In this document: positions 1-11,004 of the stretch, piece after piece
Layout: every line of letters begins with the position of its first letter
Position numbering within the stretch: the stretch's first letter is position 1
From: Escherichia coli
GTDB lineage: Bacteria > Pseudomonadota > Gammaproteobacteria > Enterobacterales > Enterobacteriaceae
Direction: 5' to 3' (one strand)
Length of the DNA stretch: 64,000 nt
Assembly: GCF_003790525.1 (NCBI RefSeq)
Contig: NZ_CP033635.1
The notes under the pieces: model-generated
What the model was told of the DNA's origin: nothing
The model's input: only the letters and a program-made list of their open reading frames with translations
Database searches by the model: none
Program-made: the position numbers and the translations under genes

Positions 1-187
1 GTACCATATTTGTGGCGAGGACATCATTAAGCCCCAATTCACCGTCCTGTACTTTTTGCACCATAAACGCCATCGCTTCATTGACGGCGAGCTTCGCGCC
101 TTCTCCTCCCTGCGAAACGCTACCTGCGCCATCAGCAAGGAACATCACCAGTAATGGCTGCTGGTCATTTAGCCAGGCAACCTGCAT
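1..187 (-). CDS. yegK: PP2C-like serine/threonine phosphatase, N-terminal part only (gene continues past window start)
   Basis: Minus-strand frame open from ATG (plus 185-187) to the window edge: MQVAWLNDQQPLLVMFLADGAGSVSQGGEGAKLAVNEAMAF...; the DGAGS stretch resembles a PP2C metal-binding motif. Absent from the ORF track because no stop lies inside the window. Sits downstream of yegL as in E. coli. Confidence 0.5.
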   Translation of the reverse strand, partial: MQVAWLNDQQPLLVMFLADGAGSVSQGGEGAKLAVNEAMAFMVQKVQDGELGLNDVLATNMV

Positions 188-264
188 CTGGCAGGCATCC
201 TGACAAGGTAAATCAGCGCTAATGTGCGACGTTCCAACAGCGGATGCATAAACCAGACGCCAGC

Positions 265-924
265 TCACACTGACGTCCAGCCTTTTGGCGCTTCCAGCAC
301 AACTTCCGTTCCCGGCGTGGAGCGGGAAACCGAACGCAGTGAACTGGATAACCAGCTAAACAGTTCGCGGAATTGTAATCCCTGCAGAGACAAAGGCTGA
401 CGGACGCTGATTTGGGCCAGCGTCTTCATATCCGCCCCCTGAACACCGATGGAAAAGAAGGCAAACTTCTTATCTTCTTCCCCCTGAAACACTTTGTTGG
501 CGGCAGCCTGCCACTCATCGGTTGGAGCGCCATCGGTGATCAGGAAAATCCACGGGCGATAATACGAAATACCATTTGCACGATACTCACGTTTCCGCTC
601 CTCTACCATATCCAGGGCTTTGGTAATGGCGGCACCCATTGGTGTATCGCCCTGGGCAAACAGGATGGGCGGGAAAAAATTAGCGGCGCTGGTAAAGGGT
701 TGTTCCACATGCACCGGGCCGAACGTCACAATACCAAGTTCCACTCTTTTTAAGGCCAGCGGGTCGGCAAGCAGCTCATCGCGAAAGGTAACCAATCCGG
801 CGTTAAGTTCATTAATGGGTCTACCGTTCATCGAACCAGAAACATCCAGCAGCAAAATGCAGGGGCAACGTGGTTCCGGGTTACTGGCAAAATCGCTGGT
901 GGCAAACGTGATTTGTTCGCTCAT
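265..924 (-). CDS. yegL: von Willebrand factor A (vWA) domain protein
   Basis: 219-aa ORF; MIDAS-type motif LLLDVSGSM near the N-terminus; position before mdtA matches E. coli yegL. Confidence 0.85.
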   Translation of the reverse strand: MSEQITFATSDFASNPEPRCPCILLLDVSGSMNGRPINELNAGLVTFRDELLADPLALKRVELGIVTFGPVHVEQPFTSAANFFPPILFAQGDTPMGAAITKALDMVEERKREYRANGISYYRPWIFLITDGAPTDEWQAAANKVFQGEEDKKFAFFSIGVQGADMKTLAQISVRQPLSLQGLQFRELFSWLSSSLRSVSRSTPGTEVVLEAPKGWTSV

Positions 925-1105
925 AAGAAATCCTTTCTTAGAGAATTATTGAGGTCCGGTATCATACCGATTGCAATAATGAAATAAGAGCAAACGAAGA
1001 AACTTTCAGAATTAGGCCCGGCGGCGCAGAAAATTTTGCTATTCGCCTCGCAAGAACGGAGAGCCGTCGATTGACACTAAGGGCGGAGTGACATAATTTC
1101 AGGAG

Positions 1106-1256
1106 TGAGGGTTAGGGAGAGGTTTCCCCCTCCCCCTGGTGTTCTTAGTAAGCCTGGAAGCTAATCACTAAGAGTATCACCAGTATGATGACGTGCTTCA
1201 TCATAACCCTTTCCTTATTTAAAAGCCCTCTTCTCCGGGAGAGGGTTCCCCGTTTT
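1106..1256 (+). ncRNA. sibA: Sib-type antisense sRNA (antitoxin) fully overlapping the ibs ORF; ends approximate
   Basis: Promoter TTGACA (1071-1076) - 17 bp - TAATTT (1094-1099) on plus strand; GC-rich hairpin plus T-run at about 1225-1256; arrangement antisense to the ibs ORF as known for Sib RNAs. Confidence 0.6.
1145..1204 (-). CDS. ibsA: Ibs-family type I toxin peptide (19 aa, MMKHVIILVILLVISFQAY)
   Basis: Hand translation of the minus strand; matches the Ibs toxin family pattern (MMK + hydrophobic core + FPAY-like end) remembered from E. coli ibsA-E. Confidence 0.75.
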   Translation of the reverse strand: MMKHVIILVILLVISFQAY

Positions 1257-1441
1257 AGCGTCCCGCTGAAATCGTCGGCTTACCTCCTTTCGCCCTGAAT
1301 GCAGTCTATCGCTGACTTGCGGATAAAATAGTTTCAAGTGTGATTATTGCGTAACGACTCGCAAAGAATATTTGCTGGCAGGATCGCAGACTGCAAAGCC
1401 TGCAGATTGACAATCTTATCGTGAAGGCATACTTTCAGGAG

Positions 1442-1584
1442 TGAGGGTAGAGCGGGGTTTCCCCCGCCCTGGTAGTCTTAGTAAGCGGGGAAGCTTATGA
1501 CTAAGAGCACCACGATGATGAGTAGCTTCATCATGACCCTTTCCTTATTTAAGGCCCCTTCCTCGGGAGGGGCTTTCCCGTTTC
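1442..1584 (+). ncRNA. sibB: Sib-type antisense sRNA (antitoxin); ends approximate
   Basis: Promoter TTGACA (1407-1412) - 17 bp - TACTTT (1430-1435); hairpin plus T-run at about 1554-1584. Confidence 0.6.
1478..1534 (-). CDS. ibsB: Ibs-family type I toxin peptide (18 aa, MMKLLIIVVLLVISFPAY)
   Basis: Hand translation of the minus strand; sequence as remembered for E. coli IbsB. Confidence 0.8.
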   Translation of the reverse strand: MMKLLIIVVLLVISFPAY

Positions 1585-1769
1585 AGCGTCCCGCTGAAAT
1601 CTTCGGCTTACCTCCTTTCGCCCTGTATGCAGTCTATCGCTGACTTGCGGATAAAATAGTTTCAAGTGTGATTATTGCGTAACGCCTCGCAAAGAATATT
1701 TGCTGGCAGGATCGCAGACTGCAAAGCCTGCGGATTGACAATCTGACCGTGAAGGCATACTTTCAGGAG

Positions 1770-1903
1770 TGAGGGTTGAGCGGGGTTTCCCCCGCCCTGG
1801 TAGTCTTAGTAAGCCGGGAAGCTTATGACTAAGAGCACCACGATGATGATCCACTTCATCATGACCCTTTCCTTATTTATGGCCCCTTCCTCGGGAGGGG
1901 CTT
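1770..1903 (+). ncRNA. Sib-type antisense sRNA (antitoxin), third copy; ends approximate
   Basis: Promoter TTGACA (1735-1740) - 17 bp - TACTTT (1758-1763); hairpin plus T-run at about 1873-1903. Confidence 0.55.
1806..1862 (-). CDS. Ibs-family type I toxin peptide, third copy (18 aa, MMKWIIIVVLLVISFPAY)
   Basis: Hand translation of the minus strand inside the third repeat unit; same family signature. Confidence 0.75.
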   Translation of the reverse strand: MMKWIIIVVLLVISFPAY

Positions 1904-2069
1904 TCCCGTTTCAGCGTCCCGCTGAAATCGTCGGCTTACCTCCTTTCGCCATGCAAGCAGTCTATCGCTAACGCGTAGATAAAATAGTTTCCTGTGTTAT
2001 TACTGGATGCGTGCTCGCAAATGTGCCCGCCATTCAGACGATTCCCGATAGTGTTTCATAATTCCTCCA

Positions 2070-2087
2070 TTTTTCTCCCTTATTGGC
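2070..2087 (+). promoter_or_regulatory. BaeR box upstream of mdtA
   Basis: TTTTTCTCCCTTATTGGC matches the published BaeR consensus TTTTTCTCCATDATTGGC at 17 of 18 positions, about 55 bp upstream of the mdtA start. Confidence 0.6.
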
Positions 2088-2140
2088 TGGCTACACTAGT
2101 ATCATTCCGCGAAACGTTTCAGGAAGAGAAACTCTTAACG

Positions 2141-3388
2141 ATGAAAGGCAGTTATAAATCCCGTTGGGTAATCGTAATCGTGGTGGTTATCGCCGCCATC
2201 GCCGCATTCTGGTTCTGGCAAGGCCGCAATGACTCCCAGAGTGCAGCCCCAGGGGCGACGAAACAAGCGCAGCAATCGCCAGCGGGTGGTCGCCGTGGTA
2301 TGCGTTCCGGCCCATTAGCCCCGGTTCAGGCGGCGACCGCCGTAGAACAGGCAGTTCCGCGTTACCTCACCGGGCTTGGCACCATTACCGCTGCTAACAC
2401 CGTTACGGTGCGCAGCCGCGTAGATGGTCAGTTGATGGCGTTACATTTCCAGGAAGGCCAGCAGGTCAAAGCAGGCGATTTACTGGCAGAAATTGACCCC
2501 AGCCAGTTCAAAGTTGCATTAGCACAAGCCCAGGGCCAACTGGCAAAAGATAAAGCCACGCTTGCCAACGCCCGCCGTGACCTGGCGCGTTATCAACAAC
2601 TGGTAAAAACCAATCTCGTATCTCGTCAGGAACTGGATGCCCAACAAGCGCTGGTCAGTGAAACCGAAGGCACCATTAAGGCTGATGAAGCAAGCGTCGC
2701 CAGCGCACAGCTGCAACTCGACTGGAGCCGCATCACCGCACCAGTCGATGGTCGCGTTGGTCTCAAGCAGGTTGATGTTGGTAACCAAATCTCCAGTGGT
2801 GATACCACCGGAATTGTGGTGATCACCCAGACGCATCCTATCGATTTGCTCTTTACCCTGCCGGAAAGCGATATCGCTACCGTTGTGCAGGCGCAAAAAG
2901 CCGGAAAACCGCTGGTGGTAGAAGCCTGGGATCGCACCAACTCGAAGAAATTAAGTGAAGGCACGCTGTTAAGTCTCGATAACCAAATCGATGCCACTAC
3001 CGGTACGATTAAAGTGAAAGCACGCTTTAATAATCAGGATGATGCGCTGTTTCCCAATCAGTTTGTTAACGCGCGCATGTTAGTCGACACCGAACAAAAC
3101 GCCGTAGTGATCCCAACAGCCGCCCTGCAAATGGGCAATGAAGGCCATTTTGTCTGGGTACTGAATAGCGAAAACAAGGTCAGCAAACATCTGGTGACGC
3201 CGGGCATTCAGGACAGTCAGAAAGTGGTGATCCGCGCAGGTATTTCTGCGGGCGATCGCGTGGTGACAGACGGCATTGATCGCCTGACCGAAGGGGCGAA
3301 AGTGGAAGTGGTGGAAGCCCAGAGCGCCACCACTCCGGAAGAGAAAGCCACCAGCCGCGAATACGCGAAAAAAGGAGCACGCTCCTGA
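2141..3388 (+). CDS. mdtA: RND efflux membrane fusion protein MdtA (415 aa)
   Basis: ORF 1994-3388 trimmed to ATG at 2141 ([14 protein letters not shown]...); periplasmic adaptor-like sequence; stop overlaps the mdtB start (TGATG). Confidence 0.9.
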   Translation: MKGSYKSRWVIVIVVVIAAIAAFWFWQGRNDSQSAAPGATKQAQQSPAGGRRGMRSGPLAPVQAATAVEQAVPRYLTGLGTITAANTVTVRSRVDGQLMALHFQEGQQVKAGDLLAEIDPSQFKVALAQAQGQLAKDKATLANARRDLARYQQLVKTNLVSRQELDAQQALVSETEGTIKADEASVASAQLQLDWSRITAPVDGRVGLKQVDVGNQISSGDTTGIVVITQTHPIDLLFTLPESDIATVVQAQKAGKPLVVEAWDRTNSKKLSEGTLLSLDNQIDATTGTIKVKARFNNQDDALFPNQFVNARMLVDTEQNAVVIPTAALQMGNEGHFVWVLNSENKVSKHLVTPGIQDSQKVVIRAGISAGDRVVTDGIDRLTEGAKVEVVEAQSATTPEEKATSREYAKKGARS

Positions 3389-6300
3389 TGCAGGTGTTAC
3401 CCCCGAGCAGCACAGGCGGCCCGTCGCGCCTGTTTATTATGCGTCCTGTGGCCACCACGCTGCTGATGGTGGCGATCTTACTCGCCGGGATTATCGGTTA
3501 TCGCGCCCTGCCCGTTTCGGCGCTGCCGGAAGTGGACTATCCGACCATTCAGGTGGTCACGCTCTACCCAGGTGCGAGCCCGGATGTCATGACCTCTGCC
3601 GTTACCGCGCCGCTCGAACGCCAGTTCGGGCAGATGTCTGGTCTGAAACAGATGTCGTCGCAAAGTTCCGGCGGTGCGTCAGTTATCACTTTGCAGTTCC
3701 AGCTAACATTACCGCTGGATGTCGCCGAGCAGGAAGTACAGGCCGCGATTAACGCTGCGACCAACTTGTTGCCGAGCGATCTGCCTAACCCGCCGGTTTA
3801 CAGCAAAGTGAACCCGGCAGATCCGCCGATCATGACGCTCGCCGTCACCTCAACAGCCATGCCGATGACGCAAGTGGAAGATATGGTGGAAACCCGCGTC
3901 GCGCAGAAAATCTCGCAGATTTCCGGCGTCGGCCTGGTGACGCTTTCCGGCGGCCAGCGTCCGGCTGTTCGCGTCAAACTTAACGCTCAGGCGATTGCCG
4001 CCCTCGGCCTGACCAGCGAAACCGTGCGCACCGCCATTACCGGCGCTAACGTTAACTCGGCAAAAGGTAGCCTCGACGGCCCTTCCCGCGCGGTTACGCT
4101 TTCCGCGAATGACCAAATGCAATCTGCGGAAGAATATCGCCAGTTGATTATCGCCTACCAGAACGGCGCGCCGATTCGTCTGGGCGATGTCGCAACTGTA
4201 GAGCAAGGTGCAGAAAACAGCTGGCTCGGCGCATGGGCGAACAAAGAACAGGCCATTGTGATGAATGTTCAGCGCCAGCCCGGTGCTAACATTATCTCCA
4301 CCGCCGACAGCATCCGGCAGATGCTGCCACAGCTCACCGAGAGTTTGCCGAAATCGGTGAAGGTGACGGTACTTTCTGACCGTACCACCAATATCCGCGC
4401 ATCTGTCGATGATACTCAGTTTGAATTGATGATGGCTATCGCGCTGGTAGTCATGATTATCTACCTGTTTTTGCGCAATATTCCGGCGACCATCATTCCC
4501 GGTGTTGCCGTGCCGCTGTCGTTAATCGGCACTTTTGCGGTTATGGTGTTTCTCGATTTTTCAATCAATAACCTGACACTGATGGCGTTAACTATCGCCA
4601 CCGGATTCGTGGTCGATGACGCCATCGTGGTGATCGAAAACATTTCCCGCTATATCGAAAAAGGCGAAAAACCGTTGGCGGCGGCGCTCAAGGGCGCAGG
4701 TGAAATCGGCTTTACCATTATCTCGCTGACCTTCTCACTGATTGCGGTGTTGATCCCACTGCTGTTTATGGGCGATATCGTCGGGCGACTGTTCCGCGAA
4801 TTTGCTATTACCCTGGCGGTAGCGATTTTGATCTCAGCGGTGGTGTCGCTGACCCTGACACCGATGATGTGCGCGCGGATGCTCAGCCAGGAGTCGTTGC
4901 GTAAACAGAACCGCTTCTCCCGTGCCTCGGAAAAAATGTTCGACAGGATAATCGCCGCCTATGGTCGTGGACTGGCGAAAGTGCTGAATCATCCGTGGCT
5001 GACCTTAAGCGTGGCACTCAGCACGCTGCTGCTTAGCGTGCTGCTGTGGGTGTTCATTCCGAAAGGTTTCTTCCCGGTACAGGACAATGGCATTATTCAG
5101 GGCACTTTGCAGGCACCGCAATCCAGCTCCTTTGCCAATATGGCCCAGCGACAACGCCAGGTCGCGGACGTGATTTTGCAGGATCCGGCAGTGCAAAGCC
5201 TGACCTCATTTGTTGGCGTTGATGGCACTAACCCGTCGCTGAACAGTGCACGTTTACAAATCAACCTCAAACCGTTGGATGAACGTGATGATCGGGTGCA
5301 AAAAGTCATCGCCCGTCTGCAAACGGCGGTAGATAAAGTGCCGGGCGTCGATCTCTTCCTGCAACCAACGCAGGATCTGACTATTGATACTCAGGTCAGC
5401 CGCACCCAGTACCAGTTTACCTTGCAGGCCACGTCACTGGATGCGCTCAGTACCTGGGTGCCACAGTTGATGGAAAAACTCCAGCAACTGCCACAGCTTT
5501 CTGATGTCTCCAGCGACTGGCAGGACAAAGGGCTGGTGGCGTATGTCAATGTTGATCGCGACAGCGCCAGCCGTCTGGGGATCAGCATGGCGGATGTCGA
5601 TAACGCCCTGTACAACGCGTTTGGTCAGCGGCTGATTTCCACTATTTATACTCAGGCCAACCAGTATCGCGTGGTGCTGGAGCACAACACCGAAAATACC
5701 CCAGGCCTCGCGGCGCTGGATACCATTCGCCTGACCAGCAGCGACGGCGGCGTGGTGCCGCTAAGCTCAATTGCCAAAATTGAGCAGCGTTTTGCGCCGC
5801 TCTCCATCAACCATCTGGATCAGTTCCCGGTAACGACCATCTCCTTTAACGTGCCGGATAACTATTCGCTGGGCGATGCGGTGCAGGCGATTATGGACAC
5901 CGAAAAGACGCTGAATCTGCCGGTGGATATCACCACGCAGTTCCAGGGCAGCACCCTCGCCTTCCAGTCGGCGCTGGGCAGCACTGTCTGGCTGATTGTC
6001 GCGGCGGTGGTGGCGATGTATATCGTGCTCGGCATTCTGTACGAGAGCTTTATTCACCCGATCACCATTCTCTCGACGCTACCCACCGCAGGGGTTGGCG
6101 CACTGCTGGCGTTGCTGATTGCTGGTAGCGAACTGGATGTGATTGCGATTATCGGCATTATTTTGCTGATCGGTATCGTGAAGAAGAACGCCATCATGAT
6201 GATCGACTTCGCGCTGGCTGCCGAGCGCGAGCAAGGCATGTCGCCGCGCGAGGCAATCTACCAGGCTTGTCTGTTGCGTTTTCGTCCGATCCTGATGACC

Positions 6301-6510
6301 ACCCTGGCGGCTCTGCTTGGCGCGCTGCCGCTGATGTTGAGTACCGGGGTCGGCGCGGAACTGCGTCGTCCGTTAGGTATCGGCATGGTCGGCGGCCTGA
6401 TTGTCAGCCAGGTGCTGACGCTGTTCACCACGCCGGTGATTTATCTGCTGTTCGACCGCCTGGCATTGTGGACCAAAAGCCGCTTTGCCCGTCATGAAGA
6501 GGAGGCGTAA
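3388..6510 (+). CDS. mdtB: RND multidrug efflux transporter MdtB (1040 aa)
   Basis: 1040-aa ORF with 12-TM RND architecture, a paralog of the next ORF. Confidence 0.95.
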
Positions 6511-9500
6511 GTGAAGTTTTTTGCCCTCTTCATTTACCGTCCGGTGGCGACGATTTTACTGTCGGTTGCCATTACCCTGTGCGGCATACTGGGCTTCCGT
6601 ATGCTGCCGGTCGCCCCGCTGCCGCAGGTCGATTTTCCGGTGATTATGGTCAGCGCCTCGCTGCCCGGTGCGTCACCAGAAACAATGGCGTCTTCCGTTG
6701 CCACGCCGCTGGAGCGCTCACTTGGGCGCATTGCCGGAGTCAGTGAAATGACCTCCAGCAGTTCGCTCGGCAGCACGCGTATTATTTTGCAGTTTGATTT
6801 TGACCGGGATATCAACGGCGCAGCGCGTGATGTGCAGGCGGCGATCAACGCTGCACAAAGTTTGCTGCCCAGTGGGATGCCCAGCCGCCCGACCTATCGC
6901 AAAGCGAACCCGTCGGATGCGCCAATTATGATCCTCACGCTGACGTCCGATACTTATTCGCAGGGTGAACTGTACGATTTCGCCTCGACGCAGCTGGCTC
7001 CGACGATTTCGCAAATCGACGGTGTTGGTGATGTCGATGTCGGAGGCAGCTCACTGCCCGCCGTACGCGTCGGGCTGAATCCGCAGGCGCTGTTTAATCA
7101 GGGCGTGTCGCTGGACGACGTACGCACCGCCGTCAGCAATGCCAACGTGCGTAAACCGCAGGGCGCGCTGGAAGATGGCACTCACCGCTGGCAGATCCAG
7201 ACCAATGATGAGCTAAAAACCGCCGCTGAATATCAGCCGTTGATTATTCACTACAACAACGGCGGCGCGGTTCGTCTGGGCGATGTGGCGACGGTGACCG
7301 ACTCAGTGCAGGATGTGCGCAACGCCGGGATGACCAACGCCAAACCGGCTATTTTACTGATGATCCGCAAACTGCCGGAAGCCAATATTATCCAGACGGT
7401 TGACAGCATCCGGGCAAAATTACCGGAGTTGCAGGAAACCATTCCGGCGGCGATTGATCTGCAAATTGCCCAGGATCGCTCCCCCACCATTCGCGCCTCG
7501 CTGGAAGAAGTCGAGCAAACGCTGATTATCTCGGTGGCGCTGGTGATTCTGGTGGTGTTTTTATTCCTGCGCTCGGGTCGCGCCACTATTATTCCCGCCG
7601 TTTCGGTGCCGGTTTCGCTGATTGGTACGTTTGCGGCGATGTACCTGTGCGGATTCAGTCTCAATAACCTTTCGTTAATGGCGCTCACCATCGCTACTGG
7701 TTTCGTGGTGGATGACGCCATCGTGGTGCTGGAAAACATTGCACGTCATCTGGAAGCGGGAATGAAACCGTTGCAAGCCGCACTGCAAGGTACTCGCGAA
7801 GTCGGTTTTACGGTGCTGTCGATGAGTCTGTCACTGGTGGCGGTGTTCCTGCCGCTGCTGTTGATGGGCGGATTGCCGGGCCGACTGTTACGCGAATTTG
7901 CCGTGACGCTTTCTGTCGCCATTGGTATATCGTTGCTGGTTTCTCTGACATTAACGCCAATGATGTGTGGCTGGATGCTGAAAGCCAGCAAGCCGCGCGA
8001 GCAAAAGCGACTGCGTGGTTTTGGTCGCATGTTGGTAGCCCTGCAACAAGGCTACGGCAAGTCACTGAAATGGGTGCTCAATCATACCCGTCTGGTGGGC
8101 GTGGTGCTGCTTGGCACCATTGCGCTGAATATCTGGCTGTATATCTCGATCCCGAAAACCTTCTTCCCGGAGCAGGACACTGGCGTGTTGATGGGCGGGA
8201 TTCAGGCGGATCAGAGTATTTCGTTTCAGGCGATGCGCGGTAAGTTGCAGGATTTCATGAAAATTATCCGTGACGATCCGGCAGTGGATAATGTCACCGG
8301 CTTTACAGGCGGTTCGCGAGTGAACAGCGGGATGATGTTTATCACCCTCAAGCCACGCGACGAACGCAGCGAAACGGCGCAGCAAATTATCGACCGTCTG
8401 CGCGTAAAACTGGCGAAAGAACCGGGGGCGAATCTGTTCCTGATGGCGGTACAGGATATTCGCGTTGGTGGGCGTCAGTCGAACGCCAGCTACCAGTACA
8501 CGTTGTTATCCGACGACCTGGCGGCACTGCGAGAATGGGAGCCGAAAATCCGCAAAAAACTGGCGACGTTGCCGGAACTGGCGGACGTGAACTCCGATCA
8601 GCAGGATAACGGCGCGGAGATGAATCTGGTTTACGACCGCGACACCATGGCACGGCTGGGAATCGACGTACAAGCCGCCAACAGTCTGTTAAATAACGCC
8701 TTCGGTCAGCGGCAAATCTCGACCATTTACCAGCCGATGAACCAGTATAAAGTGGTGATGGAAGTGGATCCGCGCTATACCCAGGACATCAGTGCGCTGG
8801 AAAAAATGTTCGTTATCAATAACGAAGGCAAAGCGATCCCGCTGTCGTATTTCGCTAAATGGCAACCGGCGAATGCCCCACTATCGGTGAATCATCAGGG
8901 ATTATCGGCGGCCTCGACCATTTCGTTTAACCTGCCGACCGGAAAATCGCTCTCGGACGCCAGTGCGGCGATCGATCGCGCAATGACCCAGCTTGGTGTG
9001 CCTTCGACGGTGCGCGGCAGTTTTGCCGGCACGGCGCAGGTGTTCCAGGAGACGATGAACTCGCAGGTGATCCTGATTATCGCCGCCATCGCCACGGTGT
9101 ATATCGTGCTGGGTATCCTTTACGAGAGTTACGTACATCCGCTGACGATTCTCTCCACCCTGCCCTCGGCGGGCGTTGGAGCGCTGTTGGCGCTGGAGCT
9201 GTTCAATGCCCCGTTCAGCCTAATCGCCCTGATAGGGATCATGCTTTTAATCGGCATCGTGAAGAAAAACGCCATTATGATGGTCGATTTTGCGCTTGAA
9301 GCCCAACGGCACGGTAACCTGACGCCGCAGGAAGCTATTTTCCAGGCCTGTCTGCTGCGTTTTCGCCCGATTATGATGACTACCCTGGCGGCGCTGTTTG
9401 GTGCGCTGCCGCTGGTATTGTCGGGCGGCGACGGCTCGGAGCTGCGGCAACCCCTGGGGATCACCATTGTCGGCGGACTGGTAATGAGCCAGCTCCTTAC

Positions 9501-9588
9501 GCTGTATACCACGCCGGTGGTGTATCTCTTTTTCGACCGTCTGCGGCTGCGTTTTTCGCGTAAACCTAAACAAACGGTAACCGAGTAA
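6511..9588 (+). CDS. mdtC: RND multidrug efflux transporter MdtC (1025 aa), GTG start
   Basis: 1025-aa ORF immediately after mdtB; RND family. Confidence 0.95.
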   Translation: MKFFALFIYRPVATILLSVAITLCGILGFRMLPVAPLPQVDFPVIMVSASLPGASPETMASSVATPLERSLGRIAGVSEMTSSSSLGSTRIILQFDFDRDINGAARDVQAAINAAQSLLPSGMPSRPTYRKANPSDAPIMILTLTSDTYSQGELYDFASTQLAPTISQIDGVGDVDVGGSSLPAVRVGLNPQALFNQGVSLDDVRTAVSNANVRKPQGALEDGTHRWQIQTNDELKTAAEYQPLIIHYNNGGAVRLGDVATVTDSVQDVRNAGMTNAKPAILLMIRKLPEANIIQTVDSIRAKLPELQETIPAAIDLQIAQDRSPTIRASLEEVEQTLIISVALVILVVFLFLRSGRATIIPAVSVPVSLIGTFAAMYLCGFSLNNLSLMALTIATGFVVDDAIVVLENIARHLEAGMKPLQAALQGTREVGFTVLSMSLSLVAVFLPLLLMGGLPGRLLREFAVTLSVAIGISLLVSLTLTPMMCGWMLKASKPREQKRLRGFGRMLVALQQGYGKSLKWVLNHTRLVGVVLLGTIALNIWLYISIPKTFFPEQDTGVLMGGIQADQSISFQAMRGKLQDFMKIIRDDPAVDNVTGFTGGSRVNSGMMFITLKPRDERSETAQQIIDRLRVKLAKEPGANLFLMAVQDIRVGGRQSNASYQYTLLSDDLAALREWEPKIRKKLATLPELADVNSDQQDNGAEMNLVYDRDTMARLGIDVQAANSLLNNAFGQRQISTIYQPMNQYKVVMEVDPRYTQDISALEKMFVINNEGKAIPLSYFAKWQPANAPLSVNHQGLSAASTISFNLPTGKSLSDASAAIDRAMTQLGVPSTVRGSFAGTAQVFQETMNSQVILIIAAIATVYIVLGILYESYVHPLTILSTLPSAGVGALLALELFNAPFSLIALIGIMLLIGIVKKNAIMMVDFALEAQRHGNLTPQEAIFQACLLRFRPIMMTTLAALFGALPLVLSGGDGSELRQPLGITIVGGLVMSQLLTLYTTPVVYLFFDRLRLRFSRKPKQTVTE

Positions 9589-11004
9589 ATGACAGATCTT
9601 CCCGACAGCACCCGTTGGCAATTGTGGATTGTGGCTTTCGGCTTCTTTATGCAGTCGCTGGACACCACCATCGTAAACACCGCCCTTCCCTCAATGGCGC
9701 AAAGCCTCGGGGAAAGTCCGTTGCATATGCACATGGTCATTGTCTCTTATGTGCTGACCGTGGCGGTGATGCTGCCCGCCAGCGGCTGGCTGGCGGACAA
9801 AGTCGGCGTGCGCAATATTTTCTTTACCGCCATCGTGCTGTTTACTCTCGGTTCACTGTTTTGCGCGCTTTCCGGCACGCTGAACGAACTGTTGCTGGCA
9901 CGCGCGTTACAGGGCGTTGGCGGCGCGATGATGGTGCCGGTCGGCAGATTGACGGTGATGAAAATCGTACCGCGCGAGCAATATATGGCGGCGATGACCT
10001 TTGTCACGTTACCCGGTCAGGTCGGTCCGCTGCTCGGTCCGGCGCTCGGCGGTCTGCTGGTGGAGTACGCATCGTGGCACTGGATCTTTTTGATCAACAT
10101 TCCGGTGGGGATTATCGGTGCGATCGCCACATTGCTGTTAATGCCAAACTACACCATGCAGACGCGGCGCTTTGATCTCTCCGGATTTTTATTGCTGGCG
10201 GTTGGCATGGCGGTATTAACCCTGGCGCTGGACGGCAGTAAAGGTACAGGTTTATCGCCGCTGACGATTGCAGGCCTGGTCGCAGTTGGCGTGGTGGCAC
10301 TGGTGCTTTATCTGCTGCACGCCAGAAATAACAACCGTGCCCTGTTCAGTCTGAAACTGTTCCGTACTCGTACCTTTTCGCTGGGCCTGGCGGGGAGCTT
10401 TGCCGGACGTATTGGCAGTGGCATGTTGCCCTTTATGACACCGGTTTTCCTGCAAATTGGCCTCGGTTTCTCGCCGTTTCATGCCGGACTGATGATGATC
10501 CCGATGGTGCTTGGCAGCATGGGAATGAAGCGAATTGTGGTACAGGTGGTGAATCGCTTTGGTTATCGTCGGGTACTGGTAGCGACCACGCTGGGTCTGT
10601 CGCTGGTCACCCTGTTGTTTATGACTACCGCCCTGCTGGGCTGGTACTACGTTTTGCCGTTCGTCCTGTTTTTACAAGGGATGGTCAACTCGACGCGTTT
10701 CTCCTCCATGAACACCCTGACGCTGAAAGATCTCCCGGACAATCTGGCGAGCAGCGGCAACAGCCTGCTGTCGATGATTATGCAATTGTCGATGAGTATC
10801 GGCGTCACTATCGCCGGGCTGTTGCTGGGACTTTTTGGTTCACAGCATGTCAGCGTCGACAGCGGCACCACACAAACCGTCTTTATGTACACCTGGCTTA
10901 GCATGGCGTTGATCATCGCCCTTCCGGCGTTCATCTTTGCCAGAGTGCCGAACGATACGCATCAAAATGTAGCTATTTCGCGGCGAAAAAGGAGCGCGCA
11001 ATGA
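9589..11004 (+). CDS. mdtD: MFS transporter MdtD (471 aa)
   Basis: 471-aa polytopic membrane protein; start abuts the mdtC stop (TAAATG); stop overlaps the baeS start (ATGA). Confidence 0.9.
   Translation: MTDLPDSTRWQLWIVAFGFFMQSLDTTIVNTALPSMAQSLGESPLHMHMVIVSYVLTVAVMLPASGWLADKVGVRNIFFTAIVLFTLGSLFCALSGTLNELLLARALQGVGGAMMVPVGRLTVMKIVPREQYMAAMTFVTLPGQVGPLLGPALGGLLVEYASWHWIFLINIPVGIIGAIATLLLMPNYTMQTRRFDLSGFLLLAVGMAVLTLALDGSKGTGLSPLTIAGLVAVGVVALVLYLLHARNNNRALFSLKLFRTRTFSLGLAGSFAGRIGSGMLPFMTPVFLQIGLGFSPFHAGLMMIPMVLGSMGMKRIVVQVVNRFGYRRVLVATTLGLSLVTLLFMTTALLGWYYVLPFVLFLQGMVNSTRFSSMNTLTLKDLPDNLASSGNSLLSMIMQLSMSIGVTIAGLLLGLFGSQHVSVDSGTTQTVFMYTWLSMALIIALPAFIFARVPNDTHQNVAISRRKRSAQ

Larger units (their letters stand above)
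1071..1960. repeat. Three tandem ~320-335 bp repeat units, each a Sib/Ibs type I toxin-antitoxin module
   Basis: Near-identical blocks starting at about 1071, 1407 and 1735; each holds a promoter-like TTGACA-17-TAATTT/TACTTT, a short hydrophobic ORF on the opposite strand and a GC hairpin with T-run. Confidence 0.85.

Noticed and set aside
1672-1854. 60-aa minus-strand ORF in the ORF track inside the Sib/Ibs array
   Set aside because: Reads across repeat sequence in the wrong frame; the real coding unit is the 18-aa ibs ORF at 1806-1862.
1071-1960. Possible CRISPR array (tandem repeats)
   Set aside because: Repeat period is about 320-335 bp with internal promoter, terminator and ORF structure, not 28-37 bp repeats with unique spacers; no cas genes nearby.
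9129-9740. 203-aa minus-strand ORF spanning the mdtC/mdtD junction
   Set aside because: Antisense to two well-supported transporter genes; no independent support.
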